A stretch of 62,719 nucleotides of DNA from an uncultured virus (IMG/VR IMGVR_UViG_3300007171_000012). Lineage: Duplodnaviria > Heunggongvirae > Uroviricota > Caudoviricetes. The notes beneath the pieces were generated by a model. That model worked only from the letters and a program-made list of their open reading frames with translations. It was not told where the DNA came from and searched no databases. Position numbers and translations under genes: made by a program. The stretch lies in IMG/VR virus record IMGVR_UViG_3300007171_000012; one strand, 5' to 3'. Every line of letters begins with the position of its first letter. Position 1 is the stretch's first letter. Positions 48,033 through 56,004 of the stretch are shown here, piece after piece.

Positions 48033-48136
48033 GGGAGTGTTGCTAATGTTGGCCATAGGGCGAAACTTATAATCTCGTAGAGCAACGGCTAGATAAGCCG
48101 TTAGTAACGTGGGTTCGATTCCCACCACTCCTACCA
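48033..48136 (+). tRNA. tRNA-Ile(TAT) with very long variable arm
   Basis: GGGAGTG/CACTCCT-ACCA, cttataa loop, AACGGCT/AGCCGTT variable stem. Confidence 0.75.
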
Positions 48137-48148
48137 CTTTCAAACATC

Positions 48149-48397
48149 ATGGAAATACATGCAACGCAACATTTAAAAGTTCAAATTTCAGATCAAGAGC
48201 AGAAAAGAATTGTTCTGGAGTATTTTTATTCTAAATTTAAATGGAAAAAAGATTATTTTATTAAAAATGGTCAAGTGATGGAAGATGTAGAATATTCTAC
48301 TTCTCATCGTTGGACAGATGAAGAATTTGTGCGGGAAGCTCAAGAAGATGATTATTTCGTGGCTGGAATCATCAAATTGATTAATAAATTGCCTTGA
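48149..48397 (+). CDS. hypothetical protein
   Basis: ORF. Confidence 0.6.
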   Translation: MEIHATQHLKVQISDQEQKRIVLEYFYSKFKWKKDYFIKNGQVMEDVEYSTSHRWTDEEFVREAQEDDYFVAGIIKLINKLP

Positions 48398-48427
48398 TTT
48401 ATTCGAGATTAACATTACTATCATTTG

Positions 48428-49075
48428 ATGAAATTCAATTTTCTTAAAGATTGTGGTGAGAATTTTTGCAAGTTCTTTGATTGGACTGTTGATTATCTCT
48501 GTCAACATAAAAAGAAAATTGTAATCGCCAATAGCCGAAACATAGATCTCGGAGATTCTAAATGTTCAGGATGGTGCGACGGAGAAACAATTACCGTCGC
48601 CAAAAAAAATCCATTATTTGAGCAGGTTTATTGTCATGAATTTTCTCACATGACTCAATGCATCGAAAAGCATGCCGTCTGGAAAGATGAATATGAGTTT
48701 TGGAAGCATTTAGACAAGCAAAATCTTTGCCCCAAAAATTGGGCGGCAGTAATGGAGGTTATAGCTTTAGAACATGATTGCGAAAAGAGATCTTTAGCGT
48801 TTGGTAAAAAATGGAAACTTTTCGATACCGAAAAGTATGCGCAGCAAGCTAATCTTTATTTGTTTTATTATCAATACGTTTATTTAAAACAAAAATGGAT
48901 CGACTCGACCTCCATCTATCATCCAATTCTCTTGGGGAAAATGCCCAAAAAGATTGCTCCTCTTTCGTCTTTTAATTCAATTAATATGCCTCTGATGGCA
49001 TTATTTGACGAATGCCTTGAAAAAAAGGGAAAATTCTACAAAAAAGGCTTTACATGGAATAAATTGAAGCTATAA
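48428..49075 (+). CDS. HExxH metallopeptidase-like protein
   Basis: HEFSH...ALE.DCE. Confidence 0.55.
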   Translation: MKFNFLKDCGENFCKFFDWTVDYLCQHKKKIVIANSRNIDLGDSKCSGWCDGETITVAKKNPLFEQVYCHEFSHMTQCIEKHAVWKDEYEFWKHLDKQNLCPKNWAAVMEVIALEHDCEKRSLAFGKKWKLFDTEKYAQQANLYLFYYQYVYLKQKWIDSTSIYHPILLGKMPKKIAPLSSFNSINMPLMALFDECLEKKGKFYKKGFTWNKLKL

Positions 49076-49082
49076 TAAGTGC

Positions 49083-49595
49083 ATGAGCGTTTACGTCATT
49101 GGCGATCCACATCTTGGACATCAAAACATTGCTAAATATCGCAAGTTTGTATCTTCTTCGGAAGATAATACTCGCCTCATCCAAGAAGATTGGACTAAGC
49201 GCATCAACAAAAATGATGTCGTTTATGTTCTTGGCGATGCAGCATTCGATTCCCATTCTTTAGCTTTGTTTGGCAATTTGAAGGGTCGTAAGATTTTGAT
49301 TAAAGGCAATCATGATGACTTGGTTGACACGCGCGATCAATTGAATGTTTTCGAAGAAATTCACGGAATCATCAAATACAAAGGAATGTGGCTCAGTCAT
49401 TGCCCGATTCATCCTGATGAATTGCGCAAGTGCAAACTGAACGTTCACGGTCATGTTCATATGCATACAATCATGAAAGGTTGGGGGCCGTGGCGTAAAG
49501 AAGATCCTCGTTATGTGAATACTTGTGTTGATGTGGTTTACCCTAAATTTGGGACTTGTTTTTTAACACTTGATTATTTGAAGAGTTTGGTGTAA
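49083..49595 (+). CDS. calcineurin-like metallophosphoesterase
   Basis: D.HLGH, LGD, GNHD, SH.P, HGHVH. Confidence 0.9.
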   Translation: MSVYVIGDPHLGHQNIAKYRKFVSSSEDNTRLIQEDWTKRINKNDVVYVLGDAAFDSHSLALFGNLKGRKILIKGNHDDLVDTRDQLNVFEEIHGIIKYKGMWLSHCPIHPDELRKCKLNVHGHVHMHTIMKGWGPWRKEDPRYVNTCVDVVYPKFGTCFLTLDYLKSLV

Positions 49596-49603
49596 TATAA
49601 AAT

Positions 49604-50233
49604 ATGCCAATTCCATCTCCTAAAAATAAATCAGAAAATTACTTCGCATCGCGAGGATACAAAATTAAAGGAGAAAAAGAGTGCGAAAATTGCGGTGAAA
49701 AAATATTAATCTATTTGAATAGAGATTTAGAAAGAAAAAGATTTTGTTCTCGGACTTGCATGGGAATTAAAAATGCAGAAATTAATAATTTTATACCCCC
49801 AATACCGACAAAAGAAAGTCGCGAAAAAGCAGGCATTAGTTTGTCTCGAAAAATGGCCGAAGGTTTAATTCCTAAACCTCCAAAAGCAACCAAAGAATCC
49901 CGACAAAAAGGCGGATTAAAAATCAGAGGAGAAAACCATCCTAATTGGATTCAAGATCGTTCTAAAGTAAAAATAGGAAGATATGAAAGTCAATCACGAT
50001 CAGGACCATATTCTGCATGGCGTAAAGACGTTTTTGAAAGAGATCAATATACATGTCAATTTTGTGAACAAAAAGGTGGAAAATTGAATGCTCATCATAT
50101 AAAGCCATGGTCTAAATATCCTGATTTGCGTTTTAATTTAGAAAATGGCTTGACATTATGTGTAATTTGTCATAAGAAAGAACATAAAAATGCCTCCAAT
50201 TCCCACTCCAAAAAACAAAGAAAAAAGAAATGA
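49604..50233 (+). CDS. HNH endonuclease
   Basis: RGENHPNW, WRK.VFERD.YTCQ.C, LNAHHIKPW..YP.LRF...NG.TLC..CH...H. Confidence 0.88.
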   Translation: MPIPSPKNKSENYFASRGYKIKGEKECENCGEKILIYLNRDLERKRFCSRTCMGIKNAEINNFIPPIPTKESREKAGISLSRKMAEGLIPKPPKATKESRQKGGLKIRGENHPNWIQDRSKVKIGRYESQSRSGPYSAWRKDVFERDQYTCQFCEQKGGKLNAHHIKPWSKYPDLRFNLENGLTLCVICHKKEHKNASNSHSKKQRKKK

Positions 50234-50387
50234 ATTTGTAAGTCGCTGCGTATCGCAGATTTCTTCAGAATACAAAGATAATAAGCAAGCAGTAGCAATT
50301 TGCTACAATCAATTCAAAGAAGCAAAAGCATCAGCAGATGGTGTCGTAGATCTCGGTAATGATGAAATGCTTATTTTAAAAGATTAA
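50190..50387 (+). CDS. small conserved phage protein (PIP.P...E....FVSRC...QAVAICY)
   Basis: ORF with a motif common in phage small proteins. Confidence 0.65.
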   Translation: MPPIPTPKNKEKRNEFVSRCVSQISSEYKDNKQAVAICYNQFKEAKASADGVVDLGNDEMLILKD

Positions 50388-50388
50388 T

Positions 50389-50782
50389 GGGCCGCTTCTG
50401 GTTTCGACTTGATAAGTGAAATATTAACTAGCATGTAGGAGTTGATCGGATGGCTCCTTAAAAATCCGCTCAAAAAAACAAACGGCAAAAACAAAGTTGT
50501 CACCTTCCGTAAGTCTGCAAAAGTTGCCCGCAAGGCTTCTCTCGCTGCTGCGTAAGTATCACGCTCAGAAGAACGCTCGCTCTTTTCTGAGTATCAAATC
50601 GAGCAAAAACTGGGTTTGTTAATTTTTTCAGTTTAAAAATTAACTGGTGGAGGACAAAGTAGGAACTACCAAGAACCGAATGTCCCTGAGAGTGATTCAC
50701 TTTGACGAATCAAATATAAGCATGTTTGAAGGTTAATACAAATTTGTTGAGGACAGGAGTTCGACTCTCCTGCGGTCCACCA
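50389..50782 (+). ncRNA. ssrA: tmRNA
   Basis: GGGCCGC/GCGGTCC-ACCA (G3:U70), GGTTTCGAC, GCATG repeats, PK1, T arm; tag 50484-50555 GKNKVVTFRKSAKVARKASLAAA*. Confidence 0.93.
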
Positions 50783-50787
50783 ATTTT

Positions 50788-50897
50788 GGGCATGACATGG
50801 TGTAGGTGAGGGTTCGATTCCCTCTCGGTCCACTCGACGGGCTGAATGGTAGTAGTGCGGCGGCACTCTTTGGGTTCGATTCCCAACATGTCCACCA
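50788..50897 (+). ncRNA. CCA-ended RNA with two T arms and an Ala-type acceptor stem
   Basis: GGGCATG/CATGTCC-ACCA; GAGGG-TTCGATT-CCCTC and TTGGG-TTCGATT-CCCAA. Confidence 0.7.
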
Positions 50898-50903
50898 ATT
50901 AAT

Positions 50904-50970
50904 GGGGGAAAGATCGACATGCATTCAGGATCGTAGCCTGAAACGGTCGCTGCGAGTCTGGAACCCACCA
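50904..50970 (+). ncRNA. orphan small CCA-ended RNA
   Basis: GGG...CCC-ACCA; TTCAGG/CCTGAA hairpin. Confidence 0.35.
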
Positions 50971-51025
50971 AATTTTCTCAAAAACCGATTGACTTTCGCC
51001 AGAATATCGGCATAATAGATACAGA

Positions 51026-51094
51026 TTTGAGTGCTGAATGAAACGGTTACTTCATTACTCGGAAAAACCACCGTTTCAACTGTGTTGCCTCAAA
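51026..51094 (+). ncRNA. Y RNA-like #3 (short)
   Basis: TTTGAGTGC...TTGCCTCAAA, TGAAACGG/CCGTTTCA, GTTACTTC; promoter TTGACT-N16-CATAAT upstream. Confidence 0.7.
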
Positions 51095-51099
51095 CTTTT

Positions 51100-51228
51100 T
51101 GTATCATTCCAGCTTTCGCAATGAGGGTGCAGAAAAGACTCGTAGTATGCTTGAGAGGCTTCGGCCTATGACCTTGTTGAAGGTGTTGGAAGTATGCAAG
51201 CGACCTGATCGAAGGTTGGAATGATATA
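51100..51228 (+). ncRNA. orphan structured RNA within the Y-RNA cluster
   Basis: ~19-bp closing stem TGTATCATTCCAGCTTTCG/CGAAGGTTGGAATGATATA; internal GGC-TTCG-GCC. Confidence 0.55.
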
Positions 51229-51236
51229 AAAAACTT

Positions 51237-51372
51237 TTTCAGTGGCGATTTTAAACGGCTACTTCTTTATTATGGTAAATAAAAGGTCTTGGTTCGAATC
51301 CAAGCTGGGCGTAGATGCCTTGTGGTGTAATGGTAGCATCAAAAACTATCCGTTTTTACCTATTCCCTGAAA
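51237..51372 (+). ncRNA. YrlA-type Y RNA #4
   Basis: TTTCAGTGG...TTCCCTGAAA, GCTACTTC; T arm CTTGGTTCGAATCCAAG precedes D arm TGGTGTAATGGTAGCAT. Confidence 0.8.
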
Positions 51373-51382
51373 TTCTTCTCTT

Positions 51383-51496
51383 TAGGTGGCGCAAATTGCA
51401 GTTACTTCATAATCCCACGGGCGGTTCGGTTCGATTCCGAGTATGGTGTAATGGTAGCACTCCTGTTCAAAAAGCCTGTAATTAATTATTCCCCTA
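51383..51496 (+). ncRNA. YrlA-type Y RNA #5 (minimal acceptor-like stem)
   Basis: TAGGTGG...TTCCCCTA, GTTACTTC, TCGGTTCGATTCCGA then TGGTGTAATGGTAGCAC. Confidence 0.75.
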
Positions 51497-51690
51497 TTTT
51501 TTCTATGAAACCTTACGGACAAAAACTTTCAAAATCTCGCTTGGGCATTCATGCCAGCGACCATTGCGGTTGTGAAACTTGCAATACTTATAATTGGAAA
51601 AAATCAAAAACAACAGCGCGAAAAACCGCTAAACAAAAAATCTCCGAAGAAATCCTTGACTACGAGGAAAATATAGATACAATTAACGAC

Positions 51691-53001
51691 ATGAAGACCA
51701 ACGTAAAAAATACTCCGAAGCCAATTCGCACTCACGAAGGCGCGGTAGCGAAAAGAATCAAGCCTCTTGAAGAACTTCGACGTTCTGTTATGGCTTGTAT
51801 GTTGTGGGAAAATTCTTTTTATGAATCTGGCGTGACTATCGCAGATCGTATCAAGGATCTCGTAGCAAAAGTTAGTGGCAAAGAAGCAATGGAAATTGCT
51901 ATTGAAGCTCGCGAAAACATGAAGCTCCGTCATACTCCTTTGTATATTGCGCGACTCATGGCTCAAAATCCAAAGCAGCGTGAATATGTTGCTGATACTC
52001 TGTCTCGCATCATCCAGCGTGCAGATGAGCTTTCTGAATTTCTTTCTATTTATTGGAAGGAAGGAAAGTGTCCAATTGCTAATCAAGTCAAGAAGGGTCT
52101 TGCGACTGCTTTCACTAAGTTCGATGAATATGCCTTGGCAAAATACAATCGAGATGGTGCCGTTAAGTTGAAGGATGTTCTTTTCATGGTTCATGCTCGC
52201 CCAAATTCTAAGGCGCAGGAAGATCTTTGGAAGCGTCTGGTTAACGATGAACTCAAGACTCCTGATACTTGGGAAGTTGAACTCTCAGCTTCTAAGGATA
52301 AAAAGGCTTCTTGGACTCGCCTTCTCAATGAGAAGAAGCTTGGAGCTTTGGCTCTTCTTCGAAATCTGCGCAACATGGAACAAGCTGGCGTCAATGAAAA
52401 GTTGATCCGCGAAAGTTTGGTAAACATGAAGACTGATCGTGTTCTTCCTTTCCGTTTTATTTCTGCTGCGCGTAATGCGCCTAAGTATGAAGCTGAACTT
52501 GAAGAGTCCATGCTGAAGAGCTTGGATAAGCACGAAAAGCTTTCTGGCAAGACTATTATCCTTGTTGATATTTCGGTTTCGATGCATAGCAAGGTTTCTG
52601 GCAAGAGCGACATTTCTCGTCTCGATGCTGCATGTGGTGTTGCAATGCTTCTTCGTGAAATTTGCAGCACTGTCGAAGTCCACAGCTTCTCTTATGAAAC
52701 AAAGCTTGTTCCTTCTCGTAGGGGCTTCGCCCTTGCCGAAGCAATCAGCAAGTCTCAGAAGCACCAAGGCACCTATCTTGGTGAATCAGTTAAGAAGATG
52801 AATCTTCGATCTGGTGATCGCCTCATTGTCATCACAGATGAACAATCTGCTGACCGAGTTCCTGATCCCGTTTTTGATAAGGCTTACATGATCAATGTGG
52901 CCTCTTACAGAAATGGTGTAGGCTATGGAAAGTGGACACATGTGGATGGCTGGAGCGAATCTGTGGTTGATTACATTATTGCTCTTGAAAAAGACCAATA
53001 A
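51691..53001 (+). CDS. rsr: Ro60/Rsr TROVE-domain RNA-binding protein
   Basis: THEGA, FYESG, AR....LRH.P, FDEY.LAKY, TWE..LS, ALLRNLRN, VLPFRF; vWA DISVSM...VITDEQ; promoter TTGACT-N16-TACAAT before ATG. Confidence 0.93.
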   Translation: MKTNVKNTPKPIRTHEGAVAKRIKPLEELRRSVMACMLWENSFYESGVTIADRIKDLVAKVSGKEAMEIAIEARENMKLRHTPLYIARLMAQNPKQREYVADTLSRIIQRADELSEFLSIYWKEGKCPIANQVKKGLATAFTKFDEYALAKYNRDGAVKLKDVLFMVHARPNSKAQEDLWKRLVNDELKTPDTWEVELSASKDKKASWTRLLNEKKLGALALLRNLRNMEQAGVNEKLIRESLVNMKTDRVLPFRFISAARNAPKYEAELEESMLKSLDKHEKLSGKTIILVDISVSMHSKVSGKSDISRLDAACGVAMLLREICSTVEVHSFSYETKLVPSRRGFALAEAISKSQKHQGTYLGESVKKMNLRSGDRLIVITDEQSADRVPDPVFDKAYMINVASYRNGVGYGKWTHVDGWSESVVDYIIALEKDQ

Positions 53002-53044
53002 AAAGTGTATAATAAAAGCAGAGGGGTGAAAGCCCCCTAAAATT

Positions 53045-53119
53045 GCGGGATTGGTGTAATGGCTAACATATCTTCCTTCCAAGTAGAGGCTGAGAGTTCG
53101 ATTCTCTCATCCCGCACCA
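53045..53119 (+). tRNA. tRNA-Gly(TCC)
   Basis: cttccaa loop; CCA. Confidence 0.92.
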
Positions 53120-53122
53120 AAT

Positions 53123-53196
53123 TGGTCCATGTTGTAATGGTAGCAAAACTGACTTTGAATCAGCGAGTGGGGGTTCGATTCCCTCTGGACCTGCCA
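53123..53196 (+). tRNA. tRNA-Gln(TTG)
   Basis: CTGA-ctttgaa-TCAG; CCA. Confidence 0.9.
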
Positions 53197-53203
53197 ATTT
53201 TCA

Positions 53204-53279
53204 TCCGAGAGTAACATATTTGGTAATGTCCTAGACTGTGAATCTAGCTAATCAGGTTCGATCCCTGACTCGCGGACCA
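53204..53279 (+). tRNA. tRNA-His(GTG)
   Basis: CTAGA-ctgtgaa-TCTAG; U-1:A73 instead of G-1:C73; CCA. Confidence 0.85.
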
Positions 53280-53285
53280 TTTTAT

Positions 53286-53380
53286 GGAAGGTTGTCAGAG
53301 CGGTCTAACGTATCTCTTTGCTAAAGAGAAGATGTCGTGAATAACGGGGTCCAAGGGTTCGAATCCCTTACCTTCCTCCA
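53286..53380 (+). tRNA. tRNA-Ser(GCT)
   Basis: TCTCT-ttgctaa-AGAGA, long variable arm, CCA. Confidence 0.92.
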
Positions 53381-53421
53381 AATTTTTTGTATTTAAAATC
53401 CATTTTTGTGTAATATGAAGT

Positions 53422-54612
53422 ATGGGTCCAAGACAGCTTCAATCACAAATCCATTCTGATTATTCTAACGTATCAGATACATGGGTGGCGTATAGAACTG
53501 GCATTACAGGTTTATATGCGAGTTCTTCAAGAAAAGATGATTATCCTGATCACTTAATTAGGGAGTATAATAAAAAAATCAAAAATCTAAATCAAGCTAC
53601 AGGCTTGTTTATTTATCCGTTTGATGGCGGATATAGATTTATTGGCACTCAGATTTTACCGCCTGTTGGTATTGATACCATCAGCGGTTTTGCGTTTCCA
53701 AATGAAACGCTTTCTTCTCCTACAGGAGCTTCTTATGCTTGGAGTATTGATGGAACTCTTAGAGGAACGGGATCTACATTCACTCCTACGGTTTATGATA
53801 TTGGTAAAACTATATCTTGTATAGTTGACAATACTGCTTATTTCACTACTGTATGGCACCCAAATCAAATTTCTGCGGTAAAAGCATTTTGGTGGGCTGC
53901 TGCTAATAATAGTGTTTATAAATCAGGAACTTCCAATGTAGCTGTAGATGGAGACGTAGTTGGAAATTTTGTTGGCTTGATTAATTTGGAATCAGGTATT
54001 GCCGCAGGATCACCAGCTTATTATAAAACAGGATTATTGGATACAGCATGTATTCAAATGCCAGATTCAGCTTATTTTAACATTGATCCTCCTCCAGAAG
54101 ATATTCCTTTGAATCAAAAATACTTTAATGTATTTATGGGAGCAAGATCGACTGGGGCAGCAAGCAATAACCATTATTTATTCTCTACTAGCAGCGGCAG
54201 CACTGCGCAAGAAAATATTCTATCTTTCGGACCCTTATACAATAGTAGCCGAAATTATTTTGTGACAGCATCTACTGCTACAGGCGATAATTATACTTAT
54301 ACAGGATCTGCCGCCTCAACAGGATACGTTGTATATAATGCTGTTGCAGCTTATAATGATGGAACTATTGATTTACGAATTAATGGCTCTAGCAACGTAT
54401 CAGGCACTTTGGGCGGCACTGGATTGGCTGCTAATCAAAACAATATCATGTATCTAAACAGAAGCGTCGGAGCATTAGCGAACACTTCTAATCCTAGCGA
54501 TTTAACCGCTGTTATTTTGACGGCAGGAGATACTCCAGTTTCCGCGCAAGATACTAATAGACTCGAAAGATTTATTGGTTTATTGGGAAATGTTAATATT
54601 CCTCTTGTTTGA
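53422..54612 (+). CDS. putative virion protein with Ig-like and LamG/ConA-like domains
   Basis: Beta-rich Gly/Thr/Ser composition; GTGTAA-N8-ATG. Confidence 0.55.
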   Translation: MGPRQLQSQIHSDYSNVSDTWVAYRTGITGLYASSSRKDDYPDHLIREYNKKIKNLNQATGLFIYPFDGGYRFIGTQILPPVGIDTISGFAFPNETLSSPTGASYAWSIDGTLRGTGSTFTPTVYDIGKTISCIVDNTAYFTTVWHPNQISAVKAFWWAAANNSVYKSGTSNVAVDGDVVGNFVGLINLESGIAAGSPAYYKTGLLDTACIQMPDSAYFNIDPPPEDIPLNQKYFNVFMGARSTGAASNNHYLFSTSSGSTAQENILSFGPLYNSSRNYFVTASTATGDNYTYTGSAASTGYVVYNAVAAYNDGTIDLRINGSSNVSGTLGGTGLAANQNNIMYLNRSVGALANTSNPSDLTAVILTAGDTPVSAQDTNRLERFIGLLGNVNIPLV

Positions 54613-54632
54613 TTTTGAGTGTAAATATCCTC

Positions 54633-55394
54633 ATGGAATTTACAGGTAAAAAAGAATTGATAAAAAAAGTTCAAAACTTTTATGGATTAAGCGCAGATGG
54701 AATTGACGGACCTAATACATGGAATGCTATTTTAAAAGGATTAAAGGTGTCTGAGTCCCCAGTCAATCCTCAAATTACTGATGCTGTCACTCAACTTTCT
54801 CCAAAATCTATTGATTTAATTCTGGAATATGAAGTCGGTGGCGGCAAATCTTATTATTCTAAATATCTTAAAAATCCAACTTGGCCAAAAGGCGCAAGCG
54901 GAGTAACAATTGGTATTGGTTATGATCTGGGATACAATGATTTGATTCAATTTTCTAAAGACTGGAAAGATAAAATCAGCCCTGTAGATTTTGCTCGTTT
55001 ATCTCAAATGCTTGGCAAAAAAAGTTCTACAGCGGCAAATGCAGTTAATGATGTCAAAGATATTTTTATTCCTTGGGAAGCTGCATTTGAAGTATTTCAA
55101 CAATCTACTATTCCGCGCTTTATAGATCAAACTCTAAAAGCTTTCCCACAAGCTGATCAATTGCATCCAGATGCTTTTGGCGCACTTGTCAGCATTGTCT
55201 TCAATAGAGGCTCTTCTGTTACTGGAGAAAGCCGTAGAGAGATGTGGAATATTAGAACACTTGTTCCTTCTAAAAATTATAAAGCAATTGCCAATGAAGT
55301 AAGATCAATGAAAAGACTTTGGGTTGGCAAAGGGTTAGATGGACTTTTAAAAAGAAGAGAAGAAGAAGCGAAAATTATTGAATCCTGCGCCTAA
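54633..55394 (+). CDS. endolysin: PG-binding domain plus lysozyme-like (pesticin-type) domain
   Basis: ADGIDGPNTW; LILEYE.G...WP.GASGVTIGIGYDLG; ALVS.VFNRG; GL.KRRE.EA. Confidence 0.87.
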   Translation: MEFTGKKELIKKVQNFYGLSADGIDGPNTWNAILKGLKVSESPVNPQITDAVTQLSPKSIDLILEYEVGGGKSYYSKYLKNPTWPKGASGVTIGIGYDLGYNDLIQFSKDWKDKISPVDFARLSQMLGKKSSTAANAVNDVKDIFIPWEAAFEVFQQSTIPRFIDQTLKAFPQADQLHPDAFGALVSIVFNRGSSVTGESRREMWNIRTLVPSKNYKAIANEVRSMKRLWVGKGLDGLLKRREEEAKIIESCA

Positions 55395-55411
55395 AAAGTG
55401 TAAACAAAAAC

Positions 55412-55729
55412 ATGGAAACAGAAAAGTCTCTTTTCAAAGAATTTATTGAGGGCGGATGGGTAATTCCTTTGATTGGAGCAGTCGCTATGTCGGCGCGATT
55501 GCTATCGTCGGAGCAAAACATGACGATTAAAGAACAGCTTAAAAAAATATTGAGCGCAGCTATTTTAGCTGGAATTTCATGGTTTGTATTAGAACAGATA
55601 GATGTTCCTAGTTTGTATAAAGCAATTACATATGGCGTAATTGGTGTAATTAGTCCAGAAATTATTAACGGCATCGTTAAACTTGGTAAAAAATTTCAAT
55701 CCTCTCCTGAAAAATTTTTAAAAAAATGA
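55412..55729 (+). CDS. putative holin
   Basis: Three hydrophobic segments and basic C terminus; follows the endolysin. Confidence 0.7.
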   Translation: METEKSLFKEFIEGGWVIPLIGAVAMSARLLSSEQNMTIKEQLKKILSAAILAGISWFVLEQIDVPSLYKAITYGVIGVISPEIINGIVKLGKKFQSSPEKFLKK

Positions 55730-55986
55730 AACGAGAAATGTCAATTTTTTTTCTAATGATAATTATATTAGCCTTTTTATTAAGAGGATCTTTTTTAATT
55801 TATCAAATTGAATCAATTGATGAAACTATTCATTTGCATCGTAATTTTTCTCAAGAAAATTTGGATTTATTTTGTAAGCAAATAGAGCATTTTGAGTATT
55901 TTTTGTATTTGTTTGCTGGTTTAATTGTATCTATAGTTAGCCAATTCAGACCTTTTAAAAAAAATAAAAGAATCAAGAGCGCTTAA
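55726..55986 (+). CDS. two-TM membrane protein (lysis cassette)
   Basis: Two hydrophobic segments, basic tail. Confidence 0.55.
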   Translation: MKREMSIFFLMIIILAFLLRGSFLIYQIESIDETIHLHRNFSQENLDLFCKQIEHFEYFLYLFAGLIVSIVSQFRPFKKNKRIKSA

Positions 55987-56004
55987 TTAAGTGTAAAATA
56001 TAAT

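Noticed and set aside
40298..51015. ORF-track ORFs overlapping RNA genes (e.g. 40298-40819, 42349-42582, 42599-42805, 43303-43509, 43982-44284, 44281-44526, 50666-50971, 50806-51015)
   Set aside because: They are translations of tRNA, tmRNA or ncRNA sequence with no protein motifs
51451..51504. ORF-track start of the TROVE gene at 51451
   Set aside because: This ATG lies in the D-loop of Y RNA #5; a promoter-adjacent ATG at 51691 fits the family N terminus
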